A stretch of DNA of 64,000 nt from an uncultured virus (IMG/VR IMGVR_UViG_3300030376_004364) (lineage: Duplodnaviria > Heunggongvirae > Uroviricota > Caudoviricetes > Crassvirales). The notes beneath the pieces are model-generated. The model worked only from the letters and a program-made list of their open reading frames with translations, was not told where the DNA came from and did not search any database. A program made the translations under genes and the position numbers. Within the stretch, counting starts at the first letter, position 1. Each line of letters opens with the position of its first letter. The DNA lies in the IMG/VR virus record IMGVR_UViG_3300030376_004364. The stretch is one strand, 5' to 3'. Of the stretch, positions 63,920 to 64,000 are shown piece by piece.

Positions 63920-64000
63920 TGGCAACAAAAAAATTTAAAGTACATAAAATGTACAAAGGTAAAGTTACAAAAATAGCTAAAACTATGGCTCAACATAATG

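Noticed and set aside
1..64000. Alternative genetic code or tRNA genes
   Set aside because: Long genes are intact under the standard code with all three stops in use, and no cloverleaf was recognised by eye; a tRNAscan run would confirm.

Overview
AT-rich dsDNA tailed-phage sequence. Positions 1-60,179 look like one essentially complete, circularly permuted ~60.2 kb podovirus-type genome. A Bacteroidota (probably marine Flavobacteriia) host is inferred from TAnnTTTG promoter elements and AU-rich leaders without Shine-Dalgarno sequences. The plus strand carries GroEL/GroES, fibre genes, small basic proteins, a lysis cassette, terminase, portal, major capsid protein, tail ring and stabilisation proteins, and three probable ejection proteins including one of 3212 aa. 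The minus strand (36.6-50.3 kb) carries replication/recombination genes and a string of tiny, probably early, ORFs. No DNA polymerase, integrase, tRNA, CRISPR array or reverse transcriptase was recognised. Main discovery: the early region holds five same-sense type I hammerhead ribozymes (46164-46227, 47688-47754, 48220-48275, 48648-48701, 49006-49061; minus strand). Each lies between a stop codon and the next start codon, with intact catalytic cores, varying stems II/III and a conserved stem I. They should cut the early transcript into gene-sized units whose ends could re-pair and possibly circularise. Two other structured RNA candidates sit in the same operon. At 60,180 the window start recurs at ~96% identity, and the sequence then continues into what looks like a different, related phage (second GroEL/GroES and endolysin, GATC no longer avoided). 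Protein family names come from motif recognition, not database searches.
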